From: Pseudomonadota bacterium
GTDB taxonomy: Bacteria > Pseudomonadota > Gammaproteobacteria > Thiohalomonadales > Thiohalomonadaceae
Direction: 5' to 3'
NCBI GenBank assembly: GCA_046484535.1
Contig: JAWOIT010000090.1
Location: 190-64,189 of the forward strand
Length of the DNA stretch: 64,000 nucleotides
Translations under genes and position numbers: made by a program
Part shown: piece after piece, positions 8,016-16,098 of the stretch
Layout: every line of letters starts with the position of its first letter
Position numbering within the stretch: position 1 is the first letter of the stretch
The notes under the pieces: model-generated
The model's database searches: none
Seen by the model: only the letters and a program-made list of their open reading frames with translations
What the model was told of the DNA's origin: nothing

Positions 8016-8945
8016 CTACTCGCAGCTGTCGCAGTGCATTTCGGCAAACCATCTCATAACCTGCTGAACAACCCGTGGCTGATTGTAGTTGCGGATGGAT
8101 ACGAAATGGATGTCGTTGAGCGGTGCGGGACGTGCTGTGTGGACTTCGCACAGTTGCCCGTCGGCGAGCTGGGACTCGATACAGTGGCGGGGAAAGACAC
8201 TGATGCCAAGACCGCCTTGCACCATTTTGATGGCGCCGTCGATGGAGTTGATGTTGCCGGTGATGGGCAGGGTCAAAAAGTCCAGGTTACGTCGTTCAGG
8301 AAAATGGTGCAGAAGCCAGCGGTTGAAATAGATGTCCGCTCCCGGATAAGCGATGCAGGGTTGTTCGTGAATATTATCCCCGTTGATGCCATTTGCCGGT
8401 CCGGGGGCGGGTGCCGCAAGGATATACTCTTCCTGGCAGAAGAGCTGGAATTCGAGGTTGGGATGCTCGGGTTTTTTGGTGACAAAACCGAAGTCGATAC
8501 GGTCATCCAGTACCATCCTGATTACATCATCACTGGGCGCCAGCTTAACGTCGAGCCGGATTAGAGGATACTGCCTGCGTTTTTCCAGCAACAGTGGGAA
8601 GTGGGGTGAACGCAAACAACTGGCGGGCATTGCGTAACTGACAAGCCCGGCGATGCCGTTGTATTCATGACGCAGCTCGGCAAGAAAGGCTTCCGTATTA
8701 GTTTCGTGCTCCTCGATATATTTTTTCAGCCTCTTTCCGGTATGCGTGAGGGTTACACGCTTTGCAATACGCTTGAACAGGGGCATGCACACCTGTTCTT
8801 CGAGTCGTGCAATATGTTGACTGACGCCGGACTGGGTCATGAACGCCTTCTGTGCAGCGGAAGTGAAATTTTCCGTTTCCGCTGCAGCCATAAAGGCTTT
8901 GAAGAGGCGGCTGTCGAGAAATCGCTGTTGTCGTTGTTTTTGCAT
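8016..8945 (-). CDS. LysR-family transcriptional regulator
   Basis: N-terminal wHTH (FKAFMAAAETENFTSAAQKAFMTQSGVSQHIARLEEQV) plus a LysR substrate-binding-type C-terminus. 309 aa. Confidence 0.9.
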   Translation of the reverse strand: MQKQRQQRFLDSRLFKAFMAAAETENFTSAAQKAFMTQSGVSQHIARLEEQVCMPLFKRIAKRVTLTHTGKRLKKYIEEHETNTEAFLAELRHEYNGIAGLVSYAMPASCLRSPHFPLLLEKRRQYPLIRLDVKLAPSDDVIRMVLDDRIDFGFVTKKPEHPNLEFQLFCQEEYILAAPAPGPANGINGDNIHEQPCIAYPGADIYFNRWLLHHFPERRNLDFLTLPITGNINSIDGAIKMVQGGLGISVFPRHCIESQLADGQLCEVHTARPAPLNDIHFVSIRNYNQPRVVQQVMRWFAEMHCDSCE

Positions 8946-9001
8946 GATTTGGACTCCTTATCCTGATGCGGATAATCGATGTTGTTTCCGTACCCCACGA
9001 C

Positions 9002-9793
9002 TCATGTTTTAGGCAGGGTGTTGAACTGGAAGTTGAAGCTGCGTCCAGCCGTGACAGGAATGCCGGGAAATGATGTTGTGACCGGCATCGGAAGCGTCAA
9101 TGATTCGTACGATGAATTGACGATAATGCGCAGCCCCTCAATACCTTCTAGTATGTTCCGGGTGGCGGGTTCGTGCCGCCAATGTGCCCAAACAACAATG
9201 AAGTCGTTTTGGAGTGCGAAGATGAGGCCATCCAGCCCCTCTGGGGGGGAGCGCTGGATGTTTTCCAGTCTTTGGATTGTGCGGCTGCGTGCTTCAGTAT
9301 TGAACCCGGCAACCAGAACCACGGGGTTGCCTGTCTGCCAGTTGACAGTAGTGCTAAAGAGGGAGTAGTTGCCGTTGGGGAGTTGTTTGTTACTCGCCTG
9401 ATCGAAAAGCAGGGGAAAGCTGCTGTGACTTTTCGGTGCCTCGGGCAGGGGCTGGAAGTTAAATATCGTACTGTGAAGCTTCTGGTAGGCGCGCCCCCCG
9501 GTTGAGGAGTTTTTGGCCTGTTCGTAATGCCTGCAACTGGGGTAGAAGACCAGTGCGATTTCGTCCGGGATGGCGGGATTGTTGTTTGCGGGAAGAACGG
9601 TTGGTAGGTAGGCGGTTAGCCCGAGTGGCTGCATGATTTGGACGGTTGCGGGAATGAATATGGAACCTAGTGATTCATAGAATTCCAGCCGGCCTTTTCC
9701 CTGGCGGAGCCGGGGAAGGGCGTATCCCACCCAAACGCGGACTGGAATGCCGCCATCGGTTTTTTGCGTTGTGGTACTTCCTGATGCACTCAT
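9002..9793 (-). CDS. Hypothetical protein, 263 aa (two similar alpha+beta-looking halves), upstream of and co-oriented with the LysR gene
   Basis: ORF track 9002..9862. Start moved to ATG 9793 (MSASGST), preceded by AAGGGAGA. No family recognised; any ABM/Dabb-like duplication is only an impression. Confidence 0.65.
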   Translation of the reverse strand: MSASGSTTTQKTDGGIPVRVWVGYALPRLRQGKGRLEFYESLGSIFIPATVQIMQPLGLTAYLPTVLPANNNPAIPDEIALVFYPSCRHYEQAKNSSTGGRAYQKLHSTIFNFQPLPEAPKSHSSFPLLFDQASNKQLPNGNYSLFSTTVNWQTGNPVVLVAGFNTEARSRTIQRLENIQRSPPEGLDGLIFALQNDFIVVWAHWRHEPATRNILEGIEGLRIIVNSSYESLTLPMPVTTSFPGIPVTAGRSFNFQFNTLPKT

Positions 9794-10460
9794 TATGCCA
9801 TCTCCCTTTTCGTGTTGTTGGTGTAATTGATAATACAAGGCTAAGTGTGTCAGATGAAACATGCTGTCTCAAAAGTCTGCACACAATGAGTGTCCGTGAT
9901 GGCATATGGTTTGTCTGTTAATTAGATTTAAAAAATCCGTTAATACGATAAGTGTATGCGTTGACAAGTGAAGCTCGCATGAATCGAACGCAGTGTGTGA
10001 AACCCTCTTAATTAAAGCAAACACCCATTGGGCGATTTAGGTCAATAGCGTGTTCAATACTCTGACTTCCGCGTCATGCGTAAATTTCACACGGACAAGG
10101 TCGCGTAATACGCACCCCGATTACAACGTCGATGTCACCCTAACTTGAGCCGCCTCGGTCACCGTTTTCTGTTCCTGCAAAACGGCATACTCACCGCCTA
10201 CGGCTATAACCCTTCGGGCTAAAGATGTTGGCCGTCAGCGCGATGTGTTGGTGTCCGCCCCGGACTTTTCATTCGGCTTGAAAATAAGAAGTTCCGGACG
10301 ATCATCCCTACCTTGACGACGATGCGGGGTGTAGGAGCGTAGAATCTCTTTGTTTTAGAACCTCGTCCGTGTTGACTTGGTCTTTTCACCATTGCCTTTG
10401 GTTTCCCGGCCAGGCTTGTCTATGCTTTGTGGGAAGTCGGTGATAAGCGAGGGGTGTACG

Positions 10461-11255
10461 ATGAACTTTCACAAGGTGCTTGTTGCTCTGCTGTTGATGC
10501 TATTAACAGTTTCAAGTTATGCGGGCTCATCGCGCCCGGTGGTAGACCAGAGTGTGCCGGCCGACGATACGGTTTCCCACGGCGGCCGGCTCTATGACAA
10601 GTGGTGGACGGAGCTGGGTATGCCGGAACCGACGACCACCCACCCCGCCTATCCGGACAGTGGGGCAAAGCGCGGCGCCGATACCTGGCGCTGCAAGGAG
10701 TGCCACGGCTGGGATTACCGCGGGAGTGACGGGGCTTATGCAAAGGGCAGTCACTATACCGGCATCAAAGGGATCCGTGACTATGAGGGCGCTGATCCCG
10801 CCGCCGTTTTACGGATACTGTCAAATGCCAACCATCAATATAGTCAGTTCCTGGCGCCGGAGGCGCTGGAGTATCTGTCGGAATTCGTGATCAGCGGTCA
10901 GGTCGATATGGCCGGCCATATCGACGCGGAGAGCAAGAAAGTGATCGGCGGTGAGCTGAAAAGGGGGGAGGCGCTGTATGAGAATAACTGCGCCCGCTGC
11001 CATGGTGAGGATGGACGCAATCTCAACTTCAGCGGCAATCCGGACGACCCGGAGTATGTGGGAACTTTAGCCAGGGGCAACCCTTGGGAGAGCTGGCACA
11101 AGATCCGCAACGGCCATCCCGGTTCGGCGATGCCCATGGGGCCGGGGATGATGGGGCGCTGGCGGCCCAATGAGTCGATGCCGCCGTTCCGCTCACTGTC
11201 ACTGGAGGAGCAGTTGGCGATACTCACCTATACGCGTTCGCTGCCGGCGAAGTAG
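10461..11255 (+). CDS. Periplasmic dihaem c-type cytochrome
   Basis: Two CxxCH motifs (CKECH, CARCH). Signal peptide MNFHKVLVALLLMLLTVSSYAGS. Start at ATG 10461 has GAGGGG upstream. Confidence 0.85.
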   Translation: MNFHKVLVALLLMLLTVSSYAGSSRPVVDQSVPADDTVSHGGRLYDKWWTELGMPEPTTTHPAYPDSGAKRGADTWRCKECHGWDYRGSDGAYAKGSHYTGIKGIRDYEGADPAAVLRILSNANHQYSQFLAPEALEYLSEFVISGQVDMAGHIDAESKKVIGGELKRGEALYENNCARCHGEDGRNLNFSGNPDDPEYVGTLARGNPWESWHKIRNGHPGSAMPMGPGMMGRWRPNESMPPFRSLSLEEQLAILTYTRSLPAK

Positions 11256-11263
11256 GTACTTCC

Positions 11264-11437
11264 TTACTTCCGTTTCACTTTGTTGCCGGTGATCATGGCG
11301 CCGACGAGGTTTTCCCGGTGGAGTATGCTGGAGACGATAACGCCGCTTAAATAGGAGAGGGTAAGGGTCGCCACCAGGGCTTGGTGGAAGAGGCGAACGC
11401 CGGGATCCCGGGGGCGAACGGTTTTTTCGTTGTTCAT
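11264..11437 (-). pseudogene. 57-aa ORF resembling fused N- and C-terminal ends of a cytochrome b561/PF01292-type membrane cytochrome (remnant or mini-protein)
   Basis: My own translation (below the ORF-track cut-off): MNNEKTVRPRDPGVRLFHQALVATLTLSYLSGVIVSSILHRENLVGAMITGNKVKRK. The start (RxxDxxVRLFHxxLxxxxxxxxLTG) and end (MxTGxK) resemble that family, but about 120 aa of the middle is missing. Confidence 0.3.
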
Positions 11438-11456
11438 GGTTAATTTCCTGTTGGTT

Positions 11457-11487
11457 GGGGGGGAGCGGCGTACCGCTCCCCTTTTGC
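11457..11487 (+). terminator. Hairpin plus short T-run, possible terminator of the cytochrome c transcript
   Basis: ggggagcgg-cgta-ccgctcccc followed by ttttgcg. It lies ~200 nt after the cytochrome c stop. Confidence 0.4.
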
Positions 11488-11593
11488 GTCAGGACGGCTG
11501 TCCCCTTACACCGCTACCGCGCTGTTAGAAGCTGTTACCTGGCTAATTACATTGCTCACAATGGCGGTGTCATCGGTGTTGGGGACACTGAAT

Positions 11594-12298
11594 TTAGAAC
11601 CAGGCCTTGATCCCGGCAACCCAGGCGCCCTTGCTGGTGTCACCACCTGCCGCCTCGGCATAGTCGGCGGTGCCGCCATAGAGGCCGGTCCAGCTATAAC
11701 CCACATAGGGGGCGAACTCACGGCGGATTTGGTAGGCAAGGCGCAGCCCCAGGGTCAGATCGGAAAGTCCGCTGCCGATCCCCAGCTCCTCATCGTCCTT
11801 ACTGTAGAGATTGGCCTCCAGTTCCGGAATCAGTTCCAGACGCTGGCTGAACCGGTACTCGTATTCGGCATCCAGCCGTGCGCCTACTCGCTCGTCCTCG
11901 CCGAAGAAAAGCGCCGCGTCCACCTCGAACAGGTACGGTGCGAGGCCGTTGAGGCCGACGGCCAGCCAGTCGCGTTCCGGCTCCGGCTTAAGGTCGCGCC
12001 GGGCGCCGACCTGCAGGTCCCAGAAGGGGCTGATGGCGCGGGAGTAGAGTAGCTGTACCTCGGCCTCCTCGGTCTCGCCGTCGTGGTACTCCCCTTCGGT
12101 CTTGAGCCACACCTTGTTGAGATCCCTGCCGAGCCAGGCGTCGGCCTTCCATGCCCAGGGATTGCCGGCATCGGTCTCGTGTACCTCAAGCTTGTCGATC
12201 TTGACCATGCTGATTAGCGGGTCGTCCTCCATGCCGGCGGCAAAACCGGTGGCGGGTATGCACAGCGCCAGCGGCAGTGTTAATAGTCGATTTAACAT
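11594..12298 (-). CDS. copB: Copper resistance protein B (outer-membrane CopB/PcoB)
   Basis: The C-terminal half matches the CopB pattern (LEANLYSKDDEELGIGSGLSDLTLGLRLAYQIRREFAPYVGYSW...GIKAWF). Signal peptide MLNRLLTLPLALCIPATGFAAG. Starts 10 nt after the copA stop. Confidence 0.9.
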   Translation of the reverse strand: MLNRLLTLPLALCIPATGFAAGMEDDPLISMVKIDKLEVHETDAGNPWAWKADAWLGRDLNKVWLKTEGEYHDGETEEAEVQLLYSRAISPFWDLQVGARRDLKPEPERDWLAVGLNGLAPYLFEVDAALFFGEDERVGARLDAEYEYRFSQRLELIPELEANLYSKDDEELGIGSGLSDLTLGLRLAYQIRREFAPYVGYSWTGLYGGTADYAEAAGGDTSKGAWVAGIKAWF

Positions 12299-12308
12299 GA
12301 TTATCTCC

Positions 12309-14261
12309 TTAACTGACGGTAACGGTGCGGAACATGCCGAGCATGTGGTAGAGCAGGTGACAGTGGTAGGCCCAACTGCCCTCGGCATCGACGTTGACCC
12401 GGTAGCTGATGCGCGAACCGGGCTGGACGATGACGGTGTGCTTGCGCGGCAGATAGTCGTTGTCGCCAGTCTCGAGATCGCTCCACATGCCGTGCAGGTG
12501 CATGGGGTGGTTCATCATGGTGTCGTTGACGAAGGTAATGCGCACCTGCTCGCCCAGCTTCCAGTGCAGCGGGTCGGCGTCGGCCGCCTTGACGCCGTTG
12601 ATCGACCACATATAGCGGCCCATGTTGCCGGTCAGGTGCAGCTCGATTTCGCGGTCCGGATCGCGCGGTTCGGGCACGGCGCGCAGGTTGTAGAGATCGG
12701 CGTAGGTGAGCACCCGGCGGCCGTTGTTGCGCAGCCCCACCCCCGGATCGTCGAGGCGGTAGCTTGGCATCTCGGCGTGCATGTCCACATGCGGGCCGTT
12801 TTCGCTGGGGGCGTGGTGAACCGGTTTGCCGCTGAAGTCGGAAGGGTTGACGATCTTCCGTTCGGCCTCTGAGGTTGCATTGCCTTCCATCGCCATGCCG
12901 GGCATGGACATGGCGGCCAACTTACCCATGCCTTCCGGCTGTTGATTCATTGCACCCATATTGTGACTGCTGTGATCCATGGCCGAATCCATCGCCGAGG
13001 GTTTGTTGTTGCTCTGTTCCATGGTCGAATCCATTGCCGCCATGTTATGGCTGCTGTGATCCATGCCTGAATCCATCGCCGCCATGTCATGACTGCCGTG
13101 ATCCATGCCGTCCATATTCATGCCCATATCACTGTGTGTGAGATCGGGGGTAGGGTCCATGGCCGGCACCTCAGCGTTTAGCGTCGGGTCCGGTGTAAGG
13201 GTGCCGCGGGCGTAGCCGGAGCGATCCAGCGCCTGGGCGAAGACGGTGTAGGCGCTGTCGTCATGGGGCTCGACGATGACATCATAGGTCTCGGCAACGC
13301 CGATACGGAATTCGTCGACACTGACAGGCTCAACATACTGGCCGTCTGCGGCAACAACGGTCATCTTAAGGCCGGGAATACGCACATCGAAGAAGGTCAT
13401 CGCCGCACTGTTGATAAAGCGAAGGCGTATCTTCTCGCCGCGATTGAACAGCCCGGTCCAGCCCGAGGCGGGAGTCTGGCCGTTCATCAGGAAGGTGTAG
13501 GTATAACCGGTGACATCGGAGAGGTCGCGCCGGCTCATGCGCATCTCGTTCCACATCCGCCGATCTTTCCAGGTGGCCGCGATGCCCTTGTTGCGGATAT
13601 CGTGCATCAGGTCGGTGTGCGTACGCTCCTTGAAGTTGTAGTAGTGGCTAAGCTTTTTCAGCTTGCGGTAGATGTCGTTGGGGTCTTCGTCGGACCAGTC
13701 GGAGAGGAGGACCACGTAGTCGCGGTCGTAACTGAACGGTTCGGGCTCGGCCGGGTCGATGACGATGGCGCCATAGAGGCCGGTCTGCTCCTGGAAGCCG
13801 GAGTGGCTGTGATACCAGTAGGTGCCGCTCTGGATCGCCGGGAAGCGGTAGCTGAAGGTTTCGCCGGGCTTGATACCGTGAAAGCCGTTGGAGACGCCGG
13901 GTACGCCGTCCATCTCGCTGGGCAGGATGAGGCCGTGCCAGTGGATGGAGCTGTCTTCGTCGAGCAGGTTGGTGACATTGAGGGTGATATCCTCGCCCTC
14001 GCGAAAGCGCAGCACCGGCGCGGGCAAGGTGCCATTGACGGTAGTGGCCCGTGCCACCGTACCGGTGAAGTTAACCGGCTGTTCGCCGATGGTCAGGTTG
14101 AAGGTGTTGCCGCGCAGGGTTTGTGGCAGCTGTTGCTTGACGGCGGCATACAGCGCCGAGGGGGCCAGCCCGGCCAGTGCCGTGCCGGCGCTGAGTCCCT
14201 GAACGAAGCGACGGCGGGATAGATTGAAGCCCGGGCCGCAATGCATGGGTAATCTGGACAT
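12309..14261 (-). CDS. copA: Multicopper oxidase CopA/PcoA (copper resistance), Tat-exported
   Basis: Twin-arginine signal (SRRRFVQGLSAGTALAGL). Cu-site motifs HWHG, WYHSH, HPMHLHG, HCHLLYHM. Met/His-rich insert (MDHGSHDMAAMDSGMDHSSHNMAAMDS...). The start at 14261 has GAGGAG 6 nt upstream. Confidence 0.93.
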   Translation of the reverse strand: MSRLPMHCGPGFNLSRRRFVQGLSAGTALAGLAPSALYAAVKQQLPQTLRGNTFNLTIGEQPVNFTGTVARATTVNGTLPAPVLRFREGEDITLNVTNLLDEDSSIHWHGLILPSEMDGVPGVSNGFHGIKPGETFSYRFPAIQSGTYWYHSHSGFQEQTGLYGAIVIDPAEPEPFSYDRDYVVLLSDWSDEDPNDIYRKLKKLSHYYNFKERTHTDLMHDIRNKGIAATWKDRRMWNEMRMSRRDLSDVTGYTYTFLMNGQTPASGWTGLFNRGEKIRLRFINSAAMTFFDVRIPGLKMTVVAADGQYVEPVSVDEFRIGVAETYDVIVEPHDDSAYTVFAQALDRSGYARGTLTPDPTLNAEVPAMDPTPDLTHSDMGMNMDGMDHGSHDMAAMDSGMDHSSHNMAAMDSTMEQSNNKPSAMDSAMDHSSHNMGAMNQQPEGMGKLAAMSMPGMAMEGNATSEAERKIVNPSDFSGKPVHHAPSENGPHVDMHAEMPSYRLDDPGVGLRNNGRRVLTYADLYNLRAVPEPRDPDREIELHLTGNMGRYMWSINGVKAADADPLHWKLGEQVRITFVNDTMMNHPMHLHGMWSDLETGDNDYLPRKHTVIVQPGSRISYRVNVDAEGSWAYHCHLLYHMLGMFRTVTVS

Positions 14262-14348
14262 GTGTGACTCCTCTGCAAGGTGACGACACAGGTGTGCCGT
14301 CGACCGCAAATAACGTTGAGATCGATTAATAGGTTGGTTTGCAGGGAG

Positions 14349-14681
14349 TCAGACTCTGGGAGGTCGGAACAGCAGGAAGGGGTGATTGCTCGGCGAGCCG
14401 CTTTCACCGGAGGGTATGAGCGGGTTAAGGGGGGTATGAGAAAACGCCGGCGGCGCAAGAACAATGGTGACGCTGCAGGCGCCGCACTGGTGGCAGCTGA
14501 GAGAGTCCGAGCAGTCGTCGCACATATTTGCTTCCACCGCATGGTGATGGCCGGTGTCATGCATGGCGCCGGTTAGGTGGTGCGCTGCCGGTATGGATTC
14601 GGCGAATCCGCGGGCAAATGGTGCCGTACCTAGCAACAGGGCCAGGAGCAGGAGTGTCCACTTGTCGTTGATTCGCAACAT
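14349..14681 (-). CDS. Small secreted His/Cys-rich protein upstream of copA (CopL-like position)
   Basis: Signal peptide (WTLLLLALLLGTAPFARGFA), then AAHHLTGAMHDTGHHHAVEANMCDDCSDSLSCHQCGAC. Its position immediately upstream of copAB is as for copL in Xanthomonas-type cop clusters. Homology not verified. Confidence 0.55.
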   Translation of the reverse strand: MLRINDKWTLLLLALLLGTAPFARGFAESIPAAHHLTGAMHDTGHHHAVEANMCDDCSDSLSCHQCGACSVTIVLAPPAFSHTPLNPLIPSGESGSPSNHPFLLFRPPRV

Positions 14682-15113
14682 AGCATTATCATAGGATGAT
14701 GGTTGAAAGATTCAACACTACAAAAACAGGGTGATATGCTCAAAGCGTCTTGTCATCCTTAGGGACCTCAACCGGGAGGAGAAGTTTCAAAGCCGGTGAC
14801 AGCGGTGGATATAAAATAGTCAAGCCCCGTCTTGGAGTATGATTGGCGGCGCATGTTCACTGCCGGTTGAGGGCTGTGGAGGGCTCCCCGGGATACGTGA
14901 GATCAGATGAAACTTTTCCAAGAACCATAACGTTTGAAGTTTGGTCAGCCTTCCATTTAATGTGGGTGTTTCGAGGGTGCTATACGTGTTTTCTGCCACC
15001 ATAGCGGAGACAGGCTGAATAGCTATAGAGTTCCCGGATTTCATTTCGAGCCCTAACCTGCGGACTTAGTCGGAATATCCTATGGTTTGGTGTAAGCCAC
15101 AGCGAACCAGGAG

Positions 15114-15860
15114 TTGACGATGAACGACGAACAGAAGTCCCCTGTTTCGGAAGAGGGATTCGATTTTTCCGGACTCTCGGCTCTGTTTCTCAACTGCACG
15201 CTGAAGCCCACCGGGGTATTGTCAAACACCGAGGCGCTGCTTGAGGTTTCGAGATCGATCATGGCGGCGAACGGAGTCGCGACCGAGGTGATACGGCCGG
15301 TGGATTACGACCTGCCGCCCGGTGTCTATCCGGACATGACCGAGTACGGGTTTGTTCGCGATGACTGGCCCGAATTGTGCCGCAAGGTTCTCAATGCGGA
15401 AATTCTGGTAATCGCCACTCCCATCTGGCTGGGCGAGGAGAGTTCGGTCTGTCGCCGGATCATAGAGCGGCTCTATGGTGAGTCCGGCAAGCTGAACGAG
15501 AAGGGGCAGTATCGTTATTACGGACGGGTGGGCGGTTGCGTTGTCACCGGCAATGAGGATGGCGTCAAACACTGTGCGATGACTGTTTTGTATGCCCTGC
15601 AACACCTTGGCTACCTCATCCCCCCGCAGGCCGATGCCGGCTGGATAGGCGAGGCCGGTCCGGGGCCTTCCTATGCGGAGGAGGGATCCGGCGGACCTGA
15701 GAACGACTTCACCCGGCGCAACACCACCTTCATGACCTGGAACCTGATGCACATGGCCCTGCTGATCAAGGATGCCGGCGGAATTCCGGCGCACGGCAAC
15801 CAGCGAAGCAAGTGGGATGCCGGCTGCCGTTTCAACCATCCGAATCCGGAGTACCGATAG
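15114..15860 (+). CDS. Flavodoxin-like-fold NAD(P)H-dependent FMN reductase family protein
   Basis: LNCTLKPT..SNTEALL and ILVIATPIWLGEESSVCRRIIERL are typical of FMN_red/NADPH-dependent oxidoreductases. Confidence 0.75.
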   Translation: MTMNDEQKSPVSEEGFDFSGLSALFLNCTLKPTGVLSNTEALLEVSRSIMAANGVATEVIRPVDYDLPPGVYPDMTEYGFVRDDWPELCRKVLNAEILVIATPIWLGEESSVCRRIIERLYGESGKLNEKGQYRYYGRVGGCVVTGNEDGVKHCAMTVLYALQHLGYLIPPQADAGWIGEAGPGPSYAEEGSGGPENDFTRRNTTFMTWNLMHMALLIKDAGGIPAHGNQRSKWDAGCRFNHPNPEYR

Positions 15861-16098
15861 CGTGCGTTGCCAGGTTTGGGTGGGTGTCTGAGTTATGCCT
15901 TTGCTGCGATGGCCGTGAACCTTTACAAAGCGCCCAGGGGGCCATCGCTTAGCGTGAGGGTTTTTCGAGAGGGTGGCACTATCTCAACTGCGACAAGGGC
16001 GTCAGGGGGCGCCATACGCAGGTTGCCACATTGGGGCTAATATTCAGCCGTAACGATTGACGCCGTTTCCACGTTCGCTTAACCCAGGATATTTCTTT

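Noticed and set aside
13263-14222. 319-aa plus-strand ORF
   Set aside because: It is antisense to copA and is a shadow ORF.
14820-15044. 74-aa minus-strand ORF in the gap between the cop cluster and the FMN-reductase gene
   Set aside because: No RBS and no recognisable motif. The local sequence is AT-richer and may be a remnant, but nothing supports a gene.
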